This document shows, one piece after another, positions 35,283-44,030 of a stretch of 64,000 nucleotides of DNA. Source of the stretch: an uncultured Pseudomonadota bacterium (lineage in GTDB: Bacteria > Desulfobacterota > Binatia > Binatales > Binataceae); contig CAWGQB010000026.1 in NCBI GenBank assembly GCA_963824565.1, positions 21,438 through 85,437 on the forward strand, given 5' to 3'. The notes beneath the pieces were generated by a model that had not been told where the DNA came from, ran no database searches, and was given only the letters and a program-made list of their open reading frames with translations. Position 1 is the stretch's first letter; every line of letters starts with the position of its first letter. The position numbers and the translations under genes are program-made.

Positions 35283-35392
35283 GACGCTCGCTTAGCATGA
35301 CTTGGGGCAACACTGCCAGAGTTTCAGCCAAGCCTGGATACCTCATGTAATGACGGCATTTAAAGCGAGTCCTTGACAAACCGGCACGGGCC

Positions 35393-37917
35393 ATGCTTTT
35401 GGCTAGCCTCGTGTCGCCAATCGCTGTGAAGTCGCCAGGCCGGCGGCGCGCCTGCCTGCTATTGCTGATCGTGACGATCTTCACCGCTGCCTTAGCCGCA
35501 GGGGCCGAAGGTCTGCGCGAGTTCGTTGAGCATCTGTCCGTGCTGGATTCCAGGGTCAGGCAGGGGCTCAGCGATCCCCGTGTCGCCAGCGACGTTATCA
35601 ACGAGCTTGATGCCGACGAGGGGACTTTCGCGCACTTCACCGTAGTTTCCGGCGAAAACCGGGTCGAGTTGCTCGACGCATACAACCTCCTCGACAGCAT
35701 GCTGAGCCGGATGTACGAGACCTACCGCAATAAGCATGACGCCTGTCTCACCGCGATCGGCAACGGCGCCGTGGATTGCGATTACAACCTGCTCGAGCAA
35801 CTCGAACTCCGCGCGCTCTATCCGCTTTCGTGGCTGCGCTTTCACGGCTCGATACTGTTCAGCTCGCCCGAGGCCAAGCGGCGCGTTCTGAAGCAGGCGA
35901 TCGCCGGTTTCACGCAAAGCGCATTGGTCATCGTCTCGCCGGAACTGATTCGCGAAAACCTGCTCGGACGCGCATACTGCGAGCGCGACCTGGGGCAGTT
36001 TGACCGCTCCCACTACACCAAGGCGATCGCCGATTTTAGAGAAGTAATGAAGGCCGGCCCGAACAGCGCCCAGTACCGTGCCGCGCAGCAGGGACTGGCA
36101 ACGACTTACGCCGCGATGGGTGAGGTGGACAAGGCCGCCTCGATTACTTCTCACCTGTCTTCGAATACCATTGGTTCCGAGCGCCAAGGCGCGGAGATGT
36201 TTCGGCTGCAGCAGTTGTTCGCGGCCGAAGCGGAAGCTACGGACCCCGCGCGCCGCGCGGAACTGCATCAGGAGGCGGTGCGGCTACTGCATAGCTATTA
36301 CGGCAGCAGCCGCCAGTGGTCGCTCGCCCTGGCCGCGGTGATTCATAACGTATCCAATCCTGAAGCCGAATTCGGCGCATCCACGGATCCCTTCGAGCAA
36401 TACCTGCTCGCCGAGGTCCTGGTCGTGACTCATCGCCAGTTGGCAGCCGCGAAATACTATCTGGCGGCCGCGCGCGGCGGACCATATCCCCAGGGTTACA
36501 AGTACGCAATCGACATCTATTACAACCAGGGAAAATTGGATCTGATCGACGCGCCGCTGGAAGAACTGGCCCGGCAGCGGCATAATCCGATGGCCGACTG
36601 GGCGGCTTATATGCGCTTTAAGATCGCGCATACGCGATGGGAACGCTCCGGGATGAAAGATCCCAAGCTCAAGGATCAGTGGATCGCGCGGGCCAATGAC
36701 TATATCGATCATTTCCCGCACGGGCGCTATGCCTACGAGCCGCGTTTCAGACTGGCTGAACTGTTGCAGCACGACGGCAACTATTCCCAGGCCGCAAGCC
36801 AGTATGACCAGGTCAAGGGCGATCCGTTTTATGATTACGCCGGAGCTTTCAAGGCCGCCGAATGCCGCTACCTAGAACTTGGCGCGGCCGCCAACCATCC
36901 GGCGGGCAAGCCGGGCGCGATGCCGGCAAACGAGAAAAGCACTCTGACGGAGTCCGCAATCGCCGGTCTGCGGGGCACGGTTGCAAATGGACCGGAGATC
37001 GAAAGGACGCACACCCGCCGAAAGGCAGTTCGTGCATACGGCGCGCGGCTCGCGCGGCCTACATGCTGGTGACGATGCTCGAAGCTCAGCCGCAGAAAGA
37101 CTATGTGGAAATCGCCCGGCTGCTGGACGGGTTCGAAACCGACTATCCGTGGATGAGCGCGAACTTCGACGAAGTCACGCGTTGGCGTCTGCAGGCGCTG
37201 GAGCGATCCGGTCAATATGCGCTGGCGCAGGAGGAAATCAGCCGGCTGTTAGCGCCCGGACGCAAACCCACTCCCGATAGCGACTATATCAAAACGCTGG
37301 GACTGGATATGTGGAAGCAGTGCAAGGCCCGTATGGATGCCGGTGACAAGGCCGGCGCGCTGGCCGACGCGGAGCTTACCGCCGCACTCTACGGTTATTT
37401 TGAACAGCGGGTCCTGGCCGGAACCATGAACGCAAAGAGCCTGACCGGCACGCTTTCTATCCTGGGGCAGGCTTATGTGATGATGAACGATAGCGCGCGC
37501 GCCAGGATCATCTTCGAGCAGGTGGTCAAGGCCTCCCCGTCCTCGCCTGACGCCAATGCCGGACTGGCGCGTATGGCGCAAGCCGACAAGGATTATCGCG
37601 AAGCTTCCGATCTATGGACCCGGGTCGAAGCGGAAGCCGCCGAATCTGACGATCTTTGGTACGAAGCGCGCTATAACCTGGCGCTGATCTATGCCGCCGA
37701 CGGCAACCTCAAAGCCGCGTGCGGTAAGCTGGCCGAGACCCGCAGCGAACATCCAAGCCTGGGCGGAGCGGAAATGAAGAACGCGATGGGACGGCTTACA
37801 GCGCAAGCTGTGCCTGAACGCGGGAGTGATTGGGCTGTCCGCCGAGCCGGACCGGCTGGCAGCTGCGCAATGAAGTTTGGAAGAAGGATGTTGAGAAGCA
37901 CCTGTAAGGAGAGATAG
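35393..37917 (+). pseudogene. Large signal-anchored TPR/helical-repeat protein (about 840 aa), one frameshift near 37030
   Basis: N-terminal hydrophobic anchor (ACLLLLIVTIFTAALAAGA). TPR-like A/Y/L-rich repeats occur throughout (YRAAQQGLATTYAAMGEVDKA; NAGLARMAQADKDYREASDLW; WYEARYNLALIYAADGNLKAA). ORFs 35393..37072 and 36862..37917 join. Confidence 0.65.
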
Positions 37918-37923
37918 TCAGCC

Positions 37924-38565
37924 ATGCAAACGCAGTACGGTATCGTCGCGATGATCCAGCAGGGGTACTACGCGACTTACCCGCTTATCGCCATCTCCGT
38001 GTTGTGTATCGCGGTTATCCTGGAGCGTCTTTGGGCGCTGAGCGGGCTGCGCAGAAAAACCGCCAGCACCGCGGCCCAACTGGTTGACCCGTTGCGCAAG
38101 GGCGAGTTCGACCAGGCGCTGAAGAAAACCCAGGCCGGCAAACGTCCGTTCGAAAGGATTTTCCACGCGATCATCGCGGCGGCGCGGACCCAGGATCGCG
38201 ACGAGCTGTTGCAAGTGGACGAGGAGCAGCGCTTCGAAGAACTGCTCGAACTCAAACGCTATATCTGGGTGCTCGCCACTTCCGGCGCCTCGGCTCCGTT
38301 CATCGGGTTGTTCGGCACCGTGGTGGGAATCCTGAGCGCGTTCCAATCGATGGCCGCGATGGGAACCGGCGGTTTCTCTGTGGTCGCGGCCGGCATCTCC
38401 GAGGCGCTCATCTCGACCGCGCTGGGACTCGCGGTCGCGATCATCGCGGTCATCTTCTATAACTACTTCTCGGTCAGGATCGACAACCTCAACGCCGTGA
38501 TGCACGTCAGCGCCAATCATCTGATCAACGCGGCGCTGGAAGGAAGGACGGCCCATGGCGGTTAG
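37924..38565 (+). CDS. exbB: MotA/TolQ/ExbB proton-channel family protein
   Basis: 213 aa with three TM segments and the family signature SGASAPFIGLFGTVVGILSAF...ISEALISTALGLAVAI. Confidence 0.9.
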   Translation: MQTQYGIVAMIQQGYYATYPLIAISVLCIAVILERLWALSGLRRKTASTAAQLVDPLRKGEFDQALKKTQAGKRPFERIFHAIIAAARTQDRDELLQVDEEQRFEELLELKRYIWVLATSGASAPFIGLFGTVVGILSAFQSMAAMGTGGFSVVAAGISEALISTALGLAVAIIAVIFYNYFSVRIDNLNAVMHVSANHLINAALEGRTAHGG

Positions 38566-38993
38566 CGGTCCGTCCTCTGGCAGCGGCGGAGTATTCTGGC
38601 AGATCAATATCACTCCGCTGACCGATATCTTCCTGGTGCTGCTCATTATCTTCATGATCACCGCCTCGATCTCGGTGGAATCGGCGGCGCATGTCGGATT
38701 GCCGCTGGCCGAGAACACTTCGCCCGAGAAGCGCGGAGTCGTGGTCACCTATACCATCGACCACGAAATCTTCGTCAACTCCAAGGACATTCCGCCCTCC
38801 GAACTCGAACCGGCGCTGCGCGAAGCGCTGGCGCGTATCGACCCGAAAGATCGTAATCTTCCAGGGCGACCGCAAGGTGTTGCTCGGCGATATGGTCAAG
38901 ATCCTGAAGACCGCACAGGCCGCCGGCGCCGACCAAATCGCGATCGCCGCCAAACGCGCTTCAGTCGAGGAATTGGAAAAGACCATCCGCTAA
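38555..38993 (+). pseudogene. exbD: ExbD/TolR family protein 1, one frameshift near 38850
   Basis: INITPLTDIFLVLLIIFM (TM segment with the conserved Asp). The C-terminal VIFQGDRKVLLGDMVKILKTAQAAGADQIAIAA is in ORF 38691..38993. Confidence 0.85.
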
Positions 38994-39011
38994 AGGAGCC
39001 GCGAGAAATCA

Positions 39012-39470
39012 ATGGCAATCCCGGGCAGCAATGAGAGCGGAATCTTTGGTGAGATCAATATCACCCCGCTGACCGATATCTTCCTGGTCCTGCTGATCAT
39101 CTTCATGGTTGGAGCGGCGGTCGCGATCGAATCCGCCGCCCACGTCGGATTACCCCAGGGTAAGCAAGAGGCGGCCAATCAACCGCCCGACAACGTAATC
39201 GTCGAATTGACCAGCGACCGGCGCATCTATGTGGACCAGCACGAGGTCGGCCTTAATGATCTCGAGGCTGCAGTGCGCAAGTCGCTGGATAAGTCGCATA
39301 CCAAGGTCGTCATCTTCAAAGGCGACCCGAAGATTATCCTGGGCGACATGGTAATCGTCCTGGATATCGCCAAACGCGCCGGCGCGCAGCAACTTGGTGT
39401 CAGCGTGTCTGAGCAAACCGCGGCCAGCGAAACCACGACCCCTATCGACGTTCCAAAGGACTCGCCCTGA
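39012..39470 (+). CDS. exbD: ExbD/TolR family protein 2
   Basis: INITPLTDIFLVLLIIFM...VVIFKGDPKIILGDMVIVLDIAKRAGAQQLGV. Intact 152 aa. Confidence 0.9.
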   Translation: MAIPGSNESGIFGEINITPLTDIFLVLLIIFMVGAAVAIESAAHVGLPQGKQEAANQPPDNVIVELTSDRRIYVDQHEVGLNDLEAAVRKSLDKSHTKVVIFKGDPKIILGDMVIVLDIAKRAGAQQLGVSVSEQTAASETTTPIDVPKDSP

Positions 39471-39541
39471 AATGTTTCGACGTCAACAGCGCATCGTTTC
39501 CTTGCCCGGGTGGGCCCAGATACTGAACACGGGGGACAATC

Positions 39542-40777
39542 ATGTTAGCCCGGCTGACCACTATTCCGATGACGGCGATGGTGGTACTCGCAGCCTCTGT
39601 CATCCTCCTCGCGCTGCTCCTGGCCTTGGCTTTTCGCGGCCTGCAGCGCCGTGATCCGGAGAAGAAATGGGACGCCTGGCGCAGCGTCAAGAGTGCGCTG
39701 ATATTCATTGCCGGACCATTCCCAATCTCCATCGCGATACATCTCGCGGTATTACTGTTTCTGATTCACGAAGTCAGGCAGGCGGTCGCGCCGCAGCTGA
39801 TCAACATTCACCTGGAATCCGAAGGTGGCGGTGGAAACGGCGGCGCCACCCCGGACACCAAGTTACCGTCGCTGCCGGACATCGCAACGCCCGATACCGC
39901 CGTGACCGGGCTCTCGCTTCCAGTGCCGAGGATTGTGGAGCAGAGAACCGCCCCGACCACCTACACCAATGAGTATGTGCGGGCGGTGAATCGCGGCTCT
40001 TACGGCAGCGGCTTCGGCGGCGGTTTCGGTGGCGGCAGCGGAGGCGGATACGGACGCGGAATCGGCACCGGTTTCGGCGGATTTATCGGGCAATTGCGCA
40101 GAAAGGGGCTCGACGTGGTGCTGGTGATCGACGGAACCGGCTCGATGCGTTTCGTGATGGACGACGTCAAGTCCAAGATGGGAAAGCTGATGCTTGCGAT
40201 TCATCGATTGGTCCCCACCGCGCGCATCGGGATCGTCCAATTCGGCGGACGCGGCGAAGCGGATCAGATTCAGCCGTTCACCACCTCCTCACAACAGCTC
40301 CAGAACTTTTTGGACTCAATCCATGCACAAAATGGCAGCTACGATTGGCGTGAGGATACCTTGACCGCGGTCAAGATCGCGGTCGATCAGATGCAGTGGC
40401 GGCCCGACGCCAAGAAGGTCATCGTCCTGGTCGGCGATACCCCACCTTGGGATGAGGACTACGCGCAGGTTCTCCAGTTGATTACCAAGTTCAAAGAAGA
40501 AGACGGAACCTTCAGCACGGTTGACGTGACCCAGGAAGAGCATGAATTGTTCGAGCGCGAGGCGCTCAACTCCAAGACCATCTCACCGTTACCGGACTTT
40601 TATCTGCTAACTCAGCATGCGTACCAGGATATGGCGCGAGTCGGCGGCGGAGAGTGGGGCAGCCTCTCCAAGGACAACGCGATCAACCAGCAGGTGCTGA
40701 TGCTTGCCTTTGGCCACCAATGGCAATCGCAGATAGCCGCATTCCAAACCGACATCGCCACCAGCGACGTCCACTGA
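39542..40777 (+). CDS. Membrane-anchored von Willebrand factor A (vWA/MIDAS) protein occupying the TonB slot
   Basis: Two N-terminal TM helices, a Pro/Thr-rich spacer, a Gly-rich tract (GSYGSGFGGGFGGGSGGGYGRGIGTGFGG), then vWA (LDVVLVIDGTGSM...IGIVQFGG...VIVLVGDTPP). Intact 411 aa. Confidence 0.8.
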   Translation: MLARLTTIPMTAMVVLAASVILLALLLALAFRGLQRRDPEKKWDAWRSVKSALIFIAGPFPISIAIHLAVLLFLIHEVRQAVAPQLINIHLESEGGGGNGGATPDTKLPSLPDIATPDTAVTGLSLPVPRIVEQRTAPTTYTNEYVRAVNRGSYGSGFGGGFGGGSGGGYGRGIGTGFGGFIGQLRRKGLDVVLVIDGTGSMRFVMDDVKSKMGKLMLAIHRLVPTARIGIVQFGGRGEADQIQPFTTSSQQLQNFLDSIHAQNGSYDWREDTLTAVKIAVDQMQWRPDAKKVIVLVGDTPPWDEDYAQVLQLITKFKEEDGTFSTVDVTQEEHELFEREALNSKTISPLPDFYLLTQHAYQDMARVGGGEWGSLSKDNAINQQVLMLAFGHQWQSQIAAFQTDIATSDVH

Positions 40778-40856
40778 GGGTATATAACTCTGTCCACTCT
40801 GCTCGGAGAAACTGCAAAAGCGATGACAACACTCTCTCTCCCAGCACTTTTGGATG

Positions 40857-40884
40857 CCCTCTCCCTGACTGACCAGGGAGAGGG
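40857..40884. repeat. Hairpin repeat copy (ccctctccctg-N6-cagggagaggg) with ttggggtgtgggtg flank
   Basis: Read directly from the sequence. The flank is the reverse complement of the flank at the 48.7-kb copy, so the two copies are in opposite orientation. Confidence 0.8.
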
Positions 40885-40934
40885 TTGGGGTGTGGGTGTC
40901 GTCAAGGCCGTTAAGTTTTGCTCCAGCAAGTCCT

Positions 40935-41005
40935 CAGTGGGGTGGGCGTCCCTACCCGCCATCGACGCGAGCGAGGAATGGCGGGCGGGGACGCCCGCCC
41001 CACTG
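40935..41005. repeat. GC-rich extended stem-loop (28-nt arms, 3 mismatches)
   Basis: cagtggggtgggcgtccctacccgccat ... atggcgggcggggacgcccgccccactg with a 15-nt loop. It lies in the 360-bp non-coding gap after the vWA gene. Confidence 0.7.
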
Positions 41006-41141
41006 TCAAGTTAGCCTTGATGCGAATGCCGCAAACCATCTCTCCCGCGCAACCATTCCTCTGTTCAGTAGTATTCGCCATTTATCGACTGTCCCTGAGC
41101 AGAGACAGGCAAAGACAAATCTGAACTGAACTGAAATCCCG

Positions 41142-41951
41142 CTACACCAGATGGAACTTGTCGACCATCTCCTGCGACACTACCACTTGGCCGGTGTACT
41201 GCATCGGATCGGGGCAGCTGCAGACCAGGTACTCAGCGGTCGATGCGGGGATGTCCATCGACTTGAACACCGCGGGATCGAAACCGGCACCGAACGCGCC
41301 CGACTTCGCCTTGACCTCCTGGTCGATGCGCTCGGTCAAGACGCCACCCGGATCCAGCGCGATGACTGGAATCTTGTACTCCTGCATCTCCTGGCCCAGC
41401 AACTGCACGAAACGGTTCAGCGCAATCTTGGTGATCGGGTAATGCATCGCCATGCCGCCCTTGCCCGGCAGTCCGAACTTGGCATAGGCCGCCGATGAGG
41501 TGGTGCAGATGATGAAGCCGGTTTTGTGCTGAATCATACTTGGGATGCACATCCTGCTGGCGATGATCGGCGCCATCAGGTTGGTGTTGACGTTCTTCTC
41601 CCAGGTGTCGATATCAAGCTGGAGGAAGGGGTCGTAATGGCCGGGCCCCACGTAGCGCGCGTTATTGATCAGGATATCCACCCGGCCATATTTTTTCAGC
41701 GCCACATTGCACAGATTCTCAACGTCCTTGCGCACCGTCAGGTCGCATTTGACCGGAGTGCACTCGACTCCAAGCGCGCGAATCTGCTGCTCGGTCTCCT
41801 GTAGCGAACCAGGGAATTCGCTTTGTCCCTTTTCAACGGTCCGCGCCGCCAGCACGAGGTTGACGCCATGCTTGGCGAGCCTGAGCGCCATCTGCTTGCC
41901 CATCCCGCGGCTGGCGCCGGTTACTACGGCCACCTTGCCTTTCGTGTCCAT
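41142..41951 (-). CDS. SDR family oxidoreductase
   Basis: VVTGASRGMG Rossmann motif, INNA, and YPITKIAL (YxxxK). Intact 269 aa. Confidence 0.85.
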   Translation of the reverse strand: MDTKGKVAVVTGASRGMGKQMALRLAKHGVNLVLAARTVEKGQSEFPGSLQETEQQIRALGVECTPVKCDLTVRKDVENLCNVALKKYGRVDILINNARYVGPGHYDPFLQLDIDTWEKNVNTNLMAPIIASRMCIPSMIQHKTGFIICTTSSAAYAKFGLPGKGGMAMHYPITKIALNRFVQLLGQEMQEYKIPVIALDPGGVLTERIDQEVKAKSGAFGAGFDPAVFKSMDIPASTAEYLVCSCPDPMQYTGQVVVSQEMVDKFHLV

Positions 41952-42057
41952 TGTGATTTCCTTTATTTACGCCGCAATCGTTTCAGAAGTTAGCTTCAAC
42001 TGGCCCGACGAGTAACGCACCGGGCTCCGAGGTGTCAAGGCGCGCTCTATTCGATTG

Positions 42058-42432
42058 TCATATCGCGCGGCCCAGCACCATTCCGGCAAAGACCGCAATC
42101 AGTCCCGCCACCACGCTGCCCATCACATATGTTCCCGCCAGCAGCAACTCGCCTCTTTCCACCAGAACCATCGATTCGTAAGTGAAAGTGGAAAACGTGG
42201 TATATGCGCCGACAAAGCCAATCGCGAAAAGCAAACGCGCGGATGGATGAATCCAGGTACGAAGCTCTATGAAGGCGAGGAAAAAACCCAGGATAAAGCT
42301 CCCCGTGATGTTAATGATGAAGGTCCCATACGGGAAATAAGTGCCCAGGCGGCGCGCAGCCCATCCGGCCAGCAGGTAACGCGCATTGGCACCCAGAAAG
42401 CCGCCCAACCCCACCCACAGGATCGCAATCAC
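42058..42432 (-). CDS. crcB: Fluoride channel CrcB/FluC
   Basis: GGFLGANARY...GTFIINITGSFILG...GFVGAYTTFSTF. GTG start in a GTGA overlap with the upstream gene. Confidence 0.9.
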   Translation of the reverse strand: MIAILWVGLGGFLGANARYLLAGWAARRLGTYFPYGTFIINITGSFILGFFLAFIELRTWIHPSARLLFAIGFVGAYTTFSTFTYESMVLVERGELLLAGTYVMGSVVAGLIAVFAGMVLGRAI

Positions 42433-43739
42433 GAATCGGCTTCCTCCTCGGCTTCGCCCTCCGCTAGCAGCGCCCGCAACATTTCGCTCCGGCCGACTAT
42501 TCCGACCAACACACCATCCGCGTTCACCACCGGAAATCTTTTGACCCGGCGTTCCGCCGAAAGCGCCAAGGCGCTTGCCACCGGCATGTCTTCACGGACC
42601 GTCACTACGTCGAGAGTCATCAACTCCGCCGCGCTACGCGCGCGGACTTGCGCGATATGTTTGCGGGCGGCGGCGCTGACTTTATCGATGGGCAGGTGCG
42701 CGGCCAGAATTTCGATCAGGCCGGCCCAGTTGTCGCGACTGACCCTGGAGATCAGATCGCTGTCGGCGATGATTCCGGCAACATGGCGCAACGCATCGAG
42801 CACCACCACCCGTTTGTGGGTCGAGCCTACCAAAAGTTCGAAAACCTGCTCGATCGATGCCGCCTGGTCGACCGTCGGCACCTCCTTGATCATCACGGCG
42901 CCGACGGTCGCACTTCCGTTCGCAGTGTAAGCTCCCGGATGCCATTCGGCCACGCGCGCCGCCGCAATCGTATTAAGCACGTCCAGCCGTCCCAAAATGC
43001 CGATTAGATGCCCGTCGCCGTCAACCACCGGCAAGCGTTTCAAATGGCGCGCCACCATCAATTTTGCGGCGCTCCCCAGCGAGGCGTCGGCGGTGGTGGT
43101 GACAGCCGGCGTGGTCATAATCTCCCGCACCTTGCGCTCAGGACTTTTGAGGTTGCGCTGTAGCTCGCCGACGAAATCAGGGTCGGTAGCCCGCTTAAGG
43201 CTCAGCGTCACTTCCATACCACCGCGGGTCAGCAGGTCGCTGTCGCTGACTATGCCAATGACCTTGCGGCTCTCGTCAATTACCGGCAGCGCTGTGTAAT
43301 CCTTGTCGAGCAGCAGTTCAACCGCCTTGGTGGCCGGACTATCGGGGCCGATGATCACCGGATCGGGCCGCATCACCTCGCCCACCTTAACGTCGGGCAG
43401 ACCCTCCTTGAACCGCATGCCGGAATGGACAATCTCGATCTCCTGGGAGGTGATAAGCGCGTGCGGCGCCATCTCCCGCAGCGGGCCAAGTAGGCGTTCG
43501 ACGCGCGCGGGCCGATCGATCACCGTTATTACCAGCGGAAGATCGGCTGACAAACGCAGGATCGCGGTGGTGTGAATCACGCTGGATGCCCCGAAGCCGG
43601 AGATACCGCGAGTTACTGTCGCGCCGCCGCATCCCTCGCGCCGCAGCATCTCGATAATCGCGGTATAGAGCGACCGGTGGTGCCACATATCGGACTCACC
43701 GATGAAAATGGTTAGCTGTTGTGCTTTGCCGGTAAACAT
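42429..43739 (-). CDS. DUF190 (PII-like, fluoride-associated) domain fused to four CBS domains
   Basis: N-terminus LTIFIGESDMWHHRSLYTAIIEMLRREGCGGATVTRGISGFG is DUF190. Four CBS-like units follow (VGEVM...PVIDE; VREIM...PVVDG; VGAVM...; AAELM...FPVVNA). I chose the start at ATG 43739 so that the CDS does not run through the riboswitch and terminator. Confidence 0.8.
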   Translation of the reverse strand: MFTGKAQQLTIFIGESDMWHHRSLYTAIIEMLRREGCGGATVTRGISGFGASSVIHTTAILRLSADLPLVITVIDRPARVERLLGPLREMAPHALITSQEIEIVHSGMRFKEGLPDVKVGEVMRPDPVIIGPDSPATKAVELLLDKDYTALPVIDESRKVIGIVSDSDLLTRGGMEVTLSLKRATDPDFVGELQRNLKSPERKVREIMTTPAVTTTADASLGSAAKLMVARHLKRLPVVDGDGHLIGILGRLDVLNTIAAARVAEWHPGAYTANGSATVGAVMIKEVPTVDQAASIEQVFELLVGSTHKRVVVLDALRHVAGIIADSDLISRVSRDNWAGLIEILAAHLPIDKVSAAARKHIAQVRARSAAELMTLDVVTVREDMPVASALALSAERRVKRFPVVNADGVLVGIVGRSEMLRALLAEGEAEEEADS

Positions 43740-43775
43740 AGTCTTTCTAGCGTCTTGCTCAACGTTCTTCCCGTC

Positions 43776-43807
43776 AAACTGAAAAGGCCCCGCCATCCGG
43801 CAGAGCC
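43776..43807 (-). terminator. Intrinsic terminator (riboswitch expression platform)
   Basis: RNA: GGCUCUGCC-GGAU-GGCGGGGCC (9 bp including 2 G-U pairs) followed by UUUUCAGUUU. It lies between the aptamer and the CDS start. Confidence 0.7.
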
Positions 43808-43834
43808 TCTCGAATACATCCCACCGGATCAGCA

Positions 43835-43892
43835 CCAGTAGGAGTCATCAGCCTTCTTAGGGGCGGTTTCGGTGGAACCCCATCACCTCGAA
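43835..43892 (-). promoter_or_regulatory. Fluoride riboswitch (crcB RNA motif) aptamer
   Basis: The minus-strand RNA GAGGUGAUGGGGUUCCACCGAAACCGCCCCUAAGAAGGCUGAUGACUCCUACUGG aligns position by position with the Thermotoga petrophila fluoride aptamer as I recall it (GGGCGAUGAGGCCCGCCCAAACUGCCCUGAAAAGGGCUGAUGGCCUCUACUG), including the pseudoknot GGGGU/ACUCC. It sits upstream of DUF190-crcB. Confidence 0.85.
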
Positions 43893-44030
43893 CTTACCAA
43901 CCATTGATGACATCGCTGCGAGTGCCAGGTCAAGGTGGTGTTGATGATAACATCGGTTCAGATGTTTGCGTAGTCCCACCGGCGAACTAATCACGCCGCG
44001 GCGGCCCGGACTGAAGTAAACCCGGCGCTT

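Noticed and set aside
43740-43835. GTG-start extension of the DUF190-CBS ORF
   Set aside because: It would be translated through the riboswitch 3' end and the terminator hairpin. DUF190 homology begins only after ATG 43739.
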